Below, in pieces: positions 52,477-62,409 of a stretch of 64,000 nt of DNA. The position numbers and the translations under genes are program-made. Location of the stretch: IMG/VR virus record IMGVR_UViG_3300032288_001804, positions 1-64,000 of that record; one strand, 5' to 3'. The stretch's first letter is position 1; each line of letters begins with the position of its first letter. Source of the DNA: a virus. Under the pieces are notes generated by a model, which was not told the origin of the DNA, searched no databases, and worked only from the letters and a program-made list of their open reading frames with translations.

Positions 52477-55400
52477 TTAATTTATCAAGTCTTGTGGGCT
52501 ATAAATTAAGTTTGGGTTATTACGCTTCCTATCAATACTTAACTGCGTTAAATAACCACCATTATCTAAAAGCTGTTGTCTTAATTGTTCAGCAAAATAA
52601 AATCCTGGTATTGTTCCTTTACTTGCGTATTGTGATTCAATTTGCTGTGGTGCAACTAATCCTTTAACATCATCCGCTGTTAATATTTGACCATTGAGCA
52701 CATAGTTATCATACTTATCTTGTGTGATATTAAATATACCAGATCCAGGAATATTAACTGTAGCTTTTCCCATAGCCCAAAGAGCTAAATCTACCCAGTC
52801 TGATTTTATAGTACGCTTGTATAATGTATTTGTAGCTTGAGCTTTAGGTATTAATGCTGTAAAGACTAAGTCTTTATTATTAGATTGGAAACCTAGTGCC
52901 TTAGCTTTTTCACCATTAAGTGTAATTTGATAAGCAGTCATATTAGCTGTACCAGCTACAGGGTAAGTTCTTATTTGACCTGCTGCTAAGTCAAGCTTGT
53001 CAAAGTTACCTATGTTACCTTGATTCTTAATATCTGCTTGTAAGCTTGATAATAAACCTAATAGCTTATCAGCATTTTTAGAGTGGTTGTTTTCTAATGC
53101 CCCCCAACGCCAATCTTTAATTTCATTATCACTTACCTCAAGTTTATCAAGAAGATCGACATAAGGCATGTTTACCAAAAATGGTTTTTGATAATATTCG
53201 CCGTCAGATTTTCTATTTGATATAGTACTCTTAAGGTTATCTATAAGGCCAACAAAATCTTGGTTACCGGTACCAGATGCTAAATCAACTGCTTCATTAA
53301 AGTTAATCGCATAGGGTTGTGCAGTAATACCACCTTGACCCTTATATGCATCAGCTATAAGATTTCTAGGAGTATATGTTTGTAAGTCTGTGTTTTTATC
53401 CGCAGCTGCAATTCCATATTCTCTTTTAAACGTATCGTAACCTATTACAGGAATTTCAGGAAATTCTAAGTATGCTGCTGGTTGACCCATGCTTTCTTGA
53501 ACTTTTGAATAGTCTTGGTATACTTGCCACTCACTAGTTCTACCTTCTGAAGTCCAAGTTTCCATTATTGCTTCTTTTAAAAGCTCCTTACCATTAATAC
53601 CATTATCATTTAATCTATTAACAATACTTGCAACTTCGGAAGGATTTCCTTCAAATGCTAAATTATCAAACCATGCATTTGGATCATAGTTTAATGCCTT
53701 ATTTCCTTTTTCCGCAAGTCGTTGAGCAATTTTAGGATTTAATTTATTTTGATCCAAAACAGCACCGTAAACTTCTCCACCAAATGTTGGATTATATGCA
53801 CCAGCTAAAGCAGCATAACTTGAAGCAAAATTGCTTGCAGTATTAGCATTAGCTTCTAAAGCATTTGTTGTTGTAATTACTGCATCTGCTATAACATCTG
53901 CAGCTGCCCATACTTTAGGGTTACTATAAACTTGATCTTTAAACTCTTGTTCAGTTTTAACTGCTTTTAACGGAGCACCATTAGCTGGACTATTTTCAGC
54001 ATTAATAGTACCCATTTGTTTAAAGATATACTTATCCATAAAGTCTCTTAGCTCGGTACCGCTACCATAAGCTAACATACCAGGATTAGTTTCCATCTTA
54101 GCACCTACTTTTGCAATGTTATATTGGTCTACAATAATCATTGCTTTTTCAGTTTGAGATTGTATGCTAGCTAATGAAACTTTATCCATTACAGTTGTTT
54201 TATCAACATCATCTCTAAATAATGGATCTTTACTATATTCTGCTACTACTCTATCAAAGCTATCTGCTGTAACAATACCCAATTTCATATATGGGAACAT
54301 GTCACTATTTTTAATTTGACCATCGTCTCCAATAAGCCCTAATCTATCTGGACCAGGAAACATTTTCTTTATAGAAGCAAGTGCGCTTTTCTTTTCGCTA
54401 GGTGTTCCAAATGCAGCTTTATCCTGATACTTTCTTAGTAATAAATCTACAGTTGCAACTTTTGCATCATCAAGACTTTGGTTCTTAAAATCTAAACCTG
54501 CTGTAATAGCATTTTTAGTTTGAATATTTTGAGCAGTTAACGCAAGACCGGTATCCCATAAATTTTGCAAAAAGGATTTATCCCCAGGTAGTTGAATATT
54601 TTTATATTCCTGAGTCATTTCAGGATTAACCTCCCCAACAAGATTTTCACGAGAATCATCTTCAGATAATAATGGAATAGGCATTAAAGTTCCTAAGGCA
54701 TTAAACTTTTTAAGACTTGTACCTGCTACAGATTTTCTAGCTTCAGTACGAGTTTGATCCGCTAAATATGATGGAACGCTATCCGTATCTAATGCAAATT
54801 TCACATAATCTTGAGCAGCGTTAACAACTGCTTCTACAGATGCACTATCTGCATTAGCTTCTAAGATAGCATCAAACTGTGCTTTTCTTGGATTAGCTGC
54901 TGCAGCTGCAACACCAAATGGATTTTGAAATTTGTCAAATACATATTGGTTAAAGTCGTTTACATCTTGCTCAGTTTGTATTACATTCTCAGGGTTACGG
55001 AATTCTGGTTTTCCATATTTCTCTGTAAATGGTAAATTTTGAAATGCTGTACGTGTGGTATCACTAGAAGTCTCGGCTGCAGCTTGTGCTGTAGCAGTAC
55101 CTGTAGTATCGCTTGGCGCAACATAATTATTAGCTAATAATGTATCCGCTACGGTAGACGTAGTATCCGGTGCAGCAAACGCCGTTCTTGTAGAATCTAC
55201 TTGCGGAATATTTGTTGTAGAAGCTTGAGCTGTACTATCTGTAGATGCACCTGTTTGTGTAGCAGATGTATTTTGTTGTTGTACAGCATCTCCAGAAGAT
55301 TCAGTTCCACCACCAGTATTTACACCAGCTTGTTTAGCAGCTTCTTCTTGAGCACCTGCACCATCTAAAAATGATAATTGGCTTTTGTCTGTAACACCTA

Positions 55401-56955
55401 GGGTAGAAAGTTTATCTGCACCCATGCTATTCCAAACAACTTCACTACCATGTCCTCTTAATTGGTGAATATAAAACTCAAGCTCGTTTTCTTTCTTTTC
55501 TTTTTCTGATTTGGCTTGCGAAGTAGTAGCATTATTTTTTGCTAGTTCCCCTGCGTCAAGAATACTTTGCATACCAAATGCATCTGCACCGGCATCCTCT
55601 AATAATAATTTCTTGAGGCTATCATCTAAGAAACCCGCTGATTTACCAGATCTAGAAGAACCTAGTCTACTATCCCAAAGTTTTTTCTCAAGATCATTAG
55701 CGTAGTCATAAGCAGCCTTCTTCCATTGGTTCTCTATCTCCATTCCTTTAAGAGAAACCTGATGCGAGAAGTTCAAGTTTTCTAAATATATTGGGTCAGC
55801 TTTTACATCCTGCTTTTGTGTAAGTTGTGCATATGATGAAGCTGCAGTAGCTAAGTCATTACTTAATAAACCTCTAGCTAAAATAGCATCAGCTCTAGCA
55901 GCTAATGCGCTTTGTGATAATCCTTCAATTGCTGTAGGAGATGTAATATCTAAAGATTGTGTATAGTAATCATCAGTTTGCTCAGCAACTTGACCATCAT
56001 CATTTAATCGGCGATAGTATTCAATAAGGTCTTTATCAAGTTCTGGGTCAACACCCTTTTCCTTAATATAGTTTTCTGCTACTTCTTTTTTAGCATTAAT
56101 AGTTTCTTTATTACTCTGAGCTATCTTTTTATTTTCAAGATTGGCTTTATTTTCAGACTCAATAACTTGGCGTATATAATCCGCTTCTGCAGCTTGTGCA
56201 CTACCAAATTCTGATGCTTTTGATTCACCGTATTGCTTACGTTGTAAATAAGCAGATACATTATACATATCAGCAACTTGCTGTTCATTACCGTATTTAG
56301 AAAGGAAGTAATTGTATAATGGCACCTCCATTGGAGTACCATTAGTAGTAGTATAAATATAACGACCATCCGAAGACACCGTTTGCATTTCTAGTTTACT
56401 AGATGTAGCAAATTTTACAGCATCATCAACTACGTTTACAAATGGAACATACTTAGGTGCGCTCATTGCTAAAGCTTCTTGCTCAGTAGAGTTAGCAAAA
56501 TCTTGTGCTTTATATTGCAAATACTGAACACCACCATCCCAATACTTACCGCCGCATTCTTTTGGATTTAAACAATTTCTAAAGAACTCTGCACGATCAT
56601 ACTCATTATAAACATCCTTTGTAAAGTTAACATCTTTGGCAAATAACTTATTGGTTGTCAATGGTTTAAATACCTGAAAAGCAGCCCGTTGGTTATCTTC
56701 TATAGATAAATCTACACCAGCTAATCTTTGTATTTCATTATTAGCTTTTGAGAAAAAATCATTTCTCATTGTAGACGTATCCTGTCTTGTAAGAGGTGAG
56801 TTTAATAATGTACCATAAATACTGTTAACACGCTCATACCCAGCTTCATACTGCGCATTCTTGGTGTCAAGAACAGTTTTATAAAAATTAAAATCCGGCT
56901 GATACGGTTGTATCTGCGGTATGTATTTATTACTTCCTTGTAAGTACGTTGCCAT
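52477..56955 (-). CDS. large virion cargo/ejection protein
   Basis: 1492 aa, helical, with a Thr/Ala-rich linker; upstream of the RNAP trio. Confidence 0.7.
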   Translation of the reverse strand: MATYLQGSNKYIPQIQPYQPDFNFYKTVLDTKNAQYEAGYERVNSIYGTLLNSPLTRQDTSTMRNDFFSKANNEIQRLAGVDLSIEDNQRAAFQVFKPLTTNKLFAKDVNFTKDVYNEYDRAEFFRNCLNPKECGGKYWDGGVQYLQYKAQDFANSTEQEALAMSAPKYVPFVNVVDDAVKFATSSKLEMQTVSSDGRYIYTTTNGTPMEVPLYNYFLSKYGNEQQVADMYNVSAYLQRKQYGESKASEFGSAQAAEADYIRQVIESENKANLENKKIAQSNKETINAKKEVAENYIKEKGVDPELDKDLIEYYRRLNDDGQVAEQTDDYYTQSLDITSPTAIEGLSQSALAARADAILARGLLSNDLATAASSYAQLTQKQDVKADPIYLENLNFSHQVSLKGMEIENQWKKAAYDYANDLEKKLWDSRLGSSRSGKSAGFLDDSLKKLLLEDAGADAFGMQSILDAGELAKNNATTSQAKSEKEKKENELEFYIHQLRGHGSEVVWNSMGADKLSTLGVTDKSQLSFLDGAGAQEEAAKQAGVNTGGGTESSGDAVQQQNTSATQTGASTDSTAQASTTNIPQVDSTRTAFAAPDTTSTVADTLLANNYVAPSDTTGTATAQAAAETSSDTTRTAFQNLPFTEKYGKPEFRNPENVIQTEQDVNDFNQYVFDKFQNPFGVAAAAANPRKAQFDAILEANADSASVEAVVNAAQDYVKFALDTDSVPSYLADQTRTEARKSVAGTSLKKFNALGTLMPIPLLSEDDSRENLVGEVNPEMTQEYKNIQLPGDKSFLQNLWDTGLALTAQNIQTKNAITAGLDFKNQSLDDAKVATVDLLLRKYQDKAAFGTPSEKKSALASIKKMFPGPDRLGLIGDDGQIKNSDMFPYMKLGIVTADSFDRVVAEYSKDPLFRDDVDKTTVMDKVSLASIQSQTEKAMIIVDQYNIAKVGAKMETNPGMLAYGSGTELRDFMDKYIFKQMGTINAENSPANGAPLKAVKTEQEFKDQVYSNPKVWAAADVIADAVITTTNALEANANTASNFASSYAALAGAYNPTFGGEVYGAVLDQNKLNPKIAQRLAEKGNKALNYDPNAWFDNLAFEGNPSEVASIVNRLNDNGINGKELLKEAIMETWTSEGRTSEWQVYQDYSKVQESMGQPAAYLEFPEIPVIGYDTFKREYGIAAADKNTDLQTYTPRNLIADAYKGQGGITAQPYAINFNEAVDLASGTGNQDFVGLIDNLKSTISNRKSDGEYYQKPFLVNMPYVDLLDKLEVSDNEIKDWRWGALENNHSKNADKLLGLLSSLQADIKNQGNIGNFDKLDLAAGQIRTYPVAGTANMTAYQITLNGEKAKALGFQSNNKDLVFTALIPKAQATNTLYKRTIKSDWVDLALWAMGKATVNIPGSGIFNITQDKYDNYVLNGQILTADDVKGLVAPQQIESQYASKGTIPGFYFAEQLRQQLLDNGGYLTQLSIDRKRNNPNLIYSPQDLIN

Positions 56956-56961
56956 AGTTTA

Positions 56962-57011
56962 TACTGTAAATATACGAAAAACTTTTAAAAGTTACTAAAC
57001 TTAAAAAGTTT
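56962..57011 (-). promoter_or_regulatory. putative promoter with palindromic sites upstream of the ejection-protein operon
   Basis: TATATTTA (near TAnnTTTG); perfect palindrome AACTTTTAAAAGTT (56980-56993); AAACTT-AAA-AAGTTT (56997-57011). Confidence 0.4.
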
Positions 57012-57018
57012 AACTTTC

Positions 57019-59613
57019 TTAAATTAATCCTCCAAACATATAAGGTAATGCGCCTGTACCTGCTGCTTGTGCATATTGTGCAAATGCAGCTGCAGCATTT
57101 GGATCACCCATATTATACTGCTGTAACATTTGATTAAACATTTCAACCTCAGGATTTCCAGGATCTTGAATGCTCATACCTTTACCACCAAAAATAACTT
57201 GCGCGGCTTTATCTGCAGAAACACCTCTTCTCATAAGATCATTCATCCTTTGTAATTGTGATTCATACTCATCAAAAGATTTTTGACCTGTAAGATCTTT
57301 ACCTTTGTTAAAGAATACTAAACCTGATGGTTCATCTATAAGGAACTTGTTACCAGACATTGATTCAAGATTAGCTGATGTAGCTGCGTTAACGTCCATA
57401 GCATTTTTCAATGCTGTTGTTTGAGCAATAAACTCATTTTGAGTTTGCTTATCATTTTGAATCTTTTGCGTCATTTCATCGTAGTAACGCTTAGAGTTTT
57501 CTAAGTTATAAGCGTTTGTCTTAAACGCTAAATCCGCACGAGCTTTCTCAGCATTGTTATAAATCTCATTGTTAGCATTAAAGTATTTACCTAATGTATT
57601 AGCAATTTGATTTGATGCTTGAGCCTGTGTTGAAGCAGCGGCTGCAGCATATCCTTGTGGACTTCCATAGATACCAGCGGCACGTAATGCACCTTGTGCT
57701 GTACCCTGTGTTTCAGCAACCTCACGACTTGGATCTAAGTATGCTTGGTTAAAACCTACTGGAGCCATAGGGAAAGATGCAGGCATAACATTAGGTTGGT
57801 TTGCACCAATAGCTAAGTTAGCTACCATGTTATTTACATCTGGTCCCCAATACTGTAGATCAGGTGTTGCTTGTGTATATGTAGGAGATTCCGGGGTTTC
57901 AACTGTACTTTCCGTATCCTTAACATCTTCAAAACCTACCCCTTCTTCTTTAAGACCTTTTACAAATAAACCTTGTCCTGCGGTAGTATTACCAAAGATA
58001 TCGTCAACAGGAGATATCGCACGTCCTGCAGCATCTTGTTGATCGCTCATACCTCTTGGTACTAATGTAAAGTTCTCAAGTGTTTTTGCATATTCAGGAT
58101 CATCAGCCGCAGCTTGAATACCCTTATAAGCAGCTTGGAACATTGCAATTTGATCATCATTAAAAATCTCATCATCTTTAAAGCCAATATCTTTAGCTGT
58201 TTTTCTATAGACATTGTTTTTATTTCCACCACCTTTATCCCAAGTTTTGTTTTTAGTGATAGGATCAATCTTACCTTCTACTTCCGCTTTAGTAATAGCA
58301 AAGACTTGTTTTTGAGCTTTTAAAAAGTTATCCAAAACTTCTTCTGCACTTTTAGATTTTAAAGCAGCTTTTCTAGATGAGCTAAGACCTGAAGCATCAA
58401 CTTGACGCTTGTACTCTTCATACATGCGATCAACAATACCTTTATTTGCTGGATCTTTTAATACACCTTCAACATAAGAATAGTCATCAATGTATCCACC
58501 AAGACGTGGGTCTGTAACATCTGATTTTGGCAATTGTTTAGATACAGTAGTCTTAGTTACTTTTTGGTAACCACCATCAGCTTTTACTACATATACCTCT
58601 TGCTTATTTTTTGCTTTACCAAACTCTTCACGCACACGCTTTTGAAAATCTGGATCAGATTCATTTTCATTACGTGTAATAACCGTAGCATTCTCACTAG
58701 GTTTAAATTTAGTTACAGTAGTTGTACGCCTTGAAGCTGGCTGCTGATTTCCAAATGGTGTATTAATTATGTTACCATAACCATCTACAACATAGGTCAT
58801 ACCTGTAACTCTATCTGTAACAATACGTGGTTGATTTTGTGCAGTACGCAAATTATTAATGCGTCTTTGCATTCTACGCATTCTACCACTTTGTGCTTTA
58901 GGTAATCCGCCATAACGAGCTTGTGGCATTTCACCTTCAGCCATCTCGCTATCTTGCATAGTTTCCATTTGCTCATCATCAGAACCAGCTTGCATAGGCA
59001 TAAGAGCAGAAGGATCTGCGCCTACACGCATTAAGTATGGTAATGATAAAGCTGGAATATCTTCAAAGCCTTTGCTAGCTTCTTGAGCTAATGCAATTTG
59101 ACCTAGTTTATCAATAGAATTTTTAATATTTAATTCAGCAGTACTAACATCCATTTTAGTAGCATTAGGATCTGCCATTACTTGTCTAGCATCATTAATA
59201 ACACTACCGTATTTCTTAGCTGCGTCAGCATAAGAAATTTTAGAAGTTTTAGACTTACCTTTTTTAATAGGGTATCCAAAGTATTCTGCTAAGTCCTTTG
59301 GCATCTTTAGGAATTTACTAAAGATAAAGGAATCCTCGGTAGCACGCATAGGTACTCCACCATCAGCATGGGAAGGTCCGTTAATATTAAAGTGTGCTGG
59401 CAAACCACCAACATTAGGATCAAGAATAGTTTCTCCACCCTCCGCTTCAATATTAGGATTTTCATAGTCAGGTTCTACAGATTTACGTGCTTCCGTTAAA
59501 GGTGCTCCTGCAGTATTGTGCACAGACCAAGGTGCAATTTGCATAGGAATATTGGGGTAGTGTGTACCACCCCTTTTCATCTCTGGAAGTTTCTTAATAG
59601 TAACTTTTCTCAT
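57019..59613 (-). CDS. virion structural/cargo protein
   Basis: EAEGGE...GPSHADGGV N-terminal motif; xxxGG repeats; no Cys seen. Confidence 0.65.
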   Translation of the reverse strand: MRKVTIKKLPEMKRGGTHYPNIPMQIAPWSVHNTAGAPLTEARKSVEPDYENPNIEAEGGETILDPNVGGLPAHFNINGPSHADGGVPMRATEDSFIFSKFLKMPKDLAEYFGYPIKKGKSKTSKISYADAAKKYGSVINDARQVMADPNATKMDVSTAELNIKNSIDKLGQIALAQEASKGFEDIPALSLPYLMRVGADPSALMPMQAGSDDEQMETMQDSEMAEGEMPQARYGGLPKAQSGRMRRMQRRINNLRTAQNQPRIVTDRVTGMTYVVDGYGNIINTPFGNQQPASRRTTTVTKFKPSENATVITRNENESDPDFQKRVREEFGKAKNKQEVYVVKADGGYQKVTKTTVSKQLPKSDVTDPRLGGYIDDYSYVEGVLKDPANKGIVDRMYEEYKRQVDASGLSSSRKAALKSKSAEEVLDNFLKAQKQVFAITKAEVEGKIDPITKNKTWDKGGGNKNNVYRKTAKDIGFKDDEIFNDDQIAMFQAAYKGIQAAADDPEYAKTLENFTLVPRGMSDQQDAAGRAISPVDDIFGNTTAGQGLFVKGLKEEGVGFEDVKDTESTVETPESPTYTQATPDLQYWGPDVNNMVANLAIGANQPNVMPASFPMAPVGFNQAYLDPSREVAETQGTAQGALRAAGIYGSPQGYAAAAASTQAQASNQIANTLGKYFNANNEIYNNAEKARADLAFKTNAYNLENSKRYYDEMTQKIQNDKQTQNEFIAQTTALKNAMDVNAATSANLESMSGNKFLIDEPSGLVFFNKGKDLTGQKSFDEYESQLQRMNDLMRRGVSADKAAQVIFGGKGMSIQDPGNPEVEMFNQMLQQYNMGDPNAAAAFAQYAQAAGTGALPYMFGGLI

Positions 59614-59624
59614 CCTATAGATAT

Positions 59625-62342
59625 TTATTCTAGTTCATAACCAGCATTAATCAATGCTTGAATTTCCGCATCACTTAAATAGTAAGTACCACCTTCTTGA
59701 TATTGACCACCCATTTCAAAACCATGTTCTGGCGCAGTATAACCTTGTTTATTAAATCTATTAGCAATTTTACTGTAGCGATTAGACATTCTATTTTTTT
59801 GTCTAAACTCTCTAGCATCAAGATTTGCTGGTCCATAACCTTTCTCCTCATTATCAGTTAAGTACTGTTCTTTTTGATTTAGCTGGTCAAGTTTAGAACC
59901 AAGGTTTTGCAATCTGCTAGTAGCCATTCTATTTCTAGCCTTTTCTAAAAAGCTTTTATCTGCATATCCTATATTAGGATTAAATGTACTTGTTAATCTT
60001 GTATAATTTGGAGTTAACTCTTCAGGAGTTGTACCTCTAGCATAGGGATTAAAGTTTTGTGTTGCAAATGGATCAAAGTTTTTAGATTTACTTGGATCAC
60101 CATTTTGTGTAGTAATTAAGTTACCATTAACATCATACTGTACAGAACCTTGTCCAGGCTGATTAGCTCGGATTTTCATTTTAAATCTATTAGGACCTTG
60201 TGTAATGTCATAACGATTAATGTTATTATCCTTAAACCAAGTGTTATACTGAGCATTTGCACCAGGACCTACAGCAGGAGCACCAGGTACGGTAGTTCCA
60301 GCTGCACCAGCAGTTCCTTGACCTTGACCTTTTAGCATCATATCGGCCATTGTTTGATTAAACAATGCATTGATATTACGCTTTGTTCTAAAACCAAACA
60401 AAGGAGTTTTAGTATAACCAGCTGCCATTGCACCTAATAACTGTTGCATTGCAGGATTAAACTGATAGCCACCTGCACCGCCTCCACCTGTATTAGTAGT
60501 ATTAGTAGTAGTACCCGGAGTTGTAGTTGAAGCTGCTGGAGTACCAGGTTTACTATAAAAGAAATCCTGATCAGTTGCGACTTTACTTGGATACTTTTTT
60601 TCAAGATCCTGAATAGCTTTATCTCTTTCAGCCTCTAAATTTTTTAATACATTAGGATCCGCATTAGGATTTTTTGAACTTGCAATTTTATTATTTGCAG
60701 CAGCTACCTCATAGTCAGTATCAAACTTTTTAAGAATATCTAAATACTCCTGTTGATACTTATCTTGATTATCACGGGTCATTCTTTGACGAGTAGACGT
60801 TGCATAGCCAGGACTATTTTTATGCGGAATTTGTGTAGTATACGTTAGTGGATTTTGAGCTGTTTCTTGTAACTGATTTCTATCAAGTTTAGCATCGCTA
60901 GCCCAGTTACCAGCCATAGTCATAAAAGCTTGAATATCTTCTTTTTTTGTGTTTGGGTCTGAAATCAAGCTACCCATTGTCTCATTATACCATTTTTCAA
61001 AACCAGCAGCATCAGTTGCTGTAGGTTTTACTATAGCCTTTTTTTGATATCTTGTTATACCACCATACTCTGCAGTAGTAGGTTGTTGTGATTTATTTAT
61101 CATATCTTGTAGCTTTTGCATGTTTTGATAAAATTCAGCATTAGTTTGTTTAGCTTTAGCAATAGGTTTTGAAAATGCATCTTGTGCAGAACTGTATAAT
61201 CCTTGCATTAACTGAGCATTAGCTTGCTTAGCTTCATTGGGATCATACATTCCTGTGTAATAAGGGTTAAGAGGATTTTGACTATCAAACCCAAACTCTT
61301 GAAAATCACTACCACTCATACCCATACCCATTTGAGCCATAGGCATTTCTTGCATCATTTCTTCTGGCATTTCTTGTTGAGCTTGCTCTTGACCTACACC
61401 TTGAAGTTGCTGAACCACAGCATCTACAATCTGCATAGCTTGCTCCTCAGGAATACCCATCTCAATTAGCTTTTGATCTACTTCTTCAGGAGTAGCTCCT
61501 TGCTGTAAAGCTTGAGCTACCATTTGCATTAGTTGCTCTTGAGAAGTTTGTTGAGAAGTTTGTTGAGGAGCTTGCATTCCCATTTGAGCAAATCCCATTT
61601 CTTCAAATTCACTAAGCTGACCTTTACGCTTTTTACCTAAAGCTTTTTGAACTACAGCATTGGCTGACATGTCCTTTAGATAATTTAAAAAGTTATTAGG
61701 CTTCTCATAATACTCATAATTCTCAGTATTATCGGTAAGCTTTTCTGGTGTAAAGAAACCACCACCCTTTTGAGCAGTTGGTATCCCGTAGTGACTACTA
61801 TCCATTTTTATTGCATTTTGTATAGGAGATCCTGCCCCCATTTCATATTTAGGAAGATCTCCCATTTGTCCAAGTTGGTCCGTTGAACCTCCACCTTGAA
61901 ATGCCATGTAAAGCTGGCCGCCTTTTTTTGCTGTTGCCATAGGATTTGTGTATGCGCTATTTTGATAGCCAGGTTCATATACAGGAACTTTTTCATTAGG
62001 GAAATCTGTAAACTGCCCAGTTGAAGTAAGCCACGGATATGATCCGTATTTTTTCATTGATGACGTTTCATAAAGATTAAAAGGGTCATTAAGATAATCC
62101 CTTTGTGTTTTCTTCATTCTATTTTGGTCTTGGTAGTTAAGAGCCATTGTTGCTCCTGAAACAAGACCGTGTACAGTATCTCTTAGATAAGGATGATTAT
62201 CAATAAAGCCGCTCATACCACCCTTAGGTTGCTTAAGCTTTATATTAAGGTTATTATAAAGGTTTTCTAAATTAACATCACCAGGTTGACTTAACTTGGC
62301 AAATGGATTTTGAAACTTTATATATGGGCTTCCATTTATCAT
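59625..62342 (-). CDS. virion cargo protein, low complexity, with repeated (A/Y/F)(Q/E/K)xGG motifs
   Basis: 905 aa, Gln/Met/Gly-rich; no Cys seen. Confidence 0.65.
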   Translation of the reverse strand: MINGSPYIKFQNPFAKLSQPGDVNLENLYNNLNIKLKQPKGGMSGFIDNHPYLRDTVHGLVSGATMALNYQDQNRMKKTQRDYLNDPFNLYETSSMKKYGSYPWLTSTGQFTDFPNEKVPVYEPGYQNSAYTNPMATAKKGGQLYMAFQGGGSTDQLGQMGDLPKYEMGAGSPIQNAIKMDSSHYGIPTAQKGGGFFTPEKLTDNTENYEYYEKPNNFLNYLKDMSANAVVQKALGKKRKGQLSEFEEMGFAQMGMQAPQQTSQQTSQEQLMQMVAQALQQGATPEEVDQKLIEMGIPEEQAMQIVDAVVQQLQGVGQEQAQQEMPEEMMQEMPMAQMGMGMSGSDFQEFGFDSQNPLNPYYTGMYDPNEAKQANAQLMQGLYSSAQDAFSKPIAKAKQTNAEFYQNMQKLQDMINKSQQPTTAEYGGITRYQKKAIVKPTATDAAGFEKWYNETMGSLISDPNTKKEDIQAFMTMAGNWASDAKLDRNQLQETAQNPLTYTTQIPHKNSPGYATSTRQRMTRDNQDKYQQEYLDILKKFDTDYEVAAANNKIASSKNPNADPNVLKNLEAERDKAIQDLEKKYPSKVATDQDFFYSKPGTPAASTTTPGTTTNTTNTGGGGAGGYQFNPAMQQLLGAMAAGYTKTPLFGFRTKRNINALFNQTMADMMLKGQGQGTAGAAGTTVPGAPAVGPGANAQYNTWFKDNNINRYDITQGPNRFKMKIRANQPGQGSVQYDVNGNLITTQNGDPSKSKNFDPFATQNFNPYARGTTPEELTPNYTRLTSTFNPNIGYADKSFLEKARNRMATSRLQNLGSKLDQLNQKEQYLTDNEEKGYGPANLDAREFRQKNRMSNRYSKIANRFNKQGYTAPEHGFEMGGQYQEGGTYYLSDAEIQALINAGYELE

Positions 62343-62409
62343 AATGCTAATATACTCATTATACTATATAAGATACTGATTTCTTTAATAATTTCCTAGT
62401 TATCATAAC

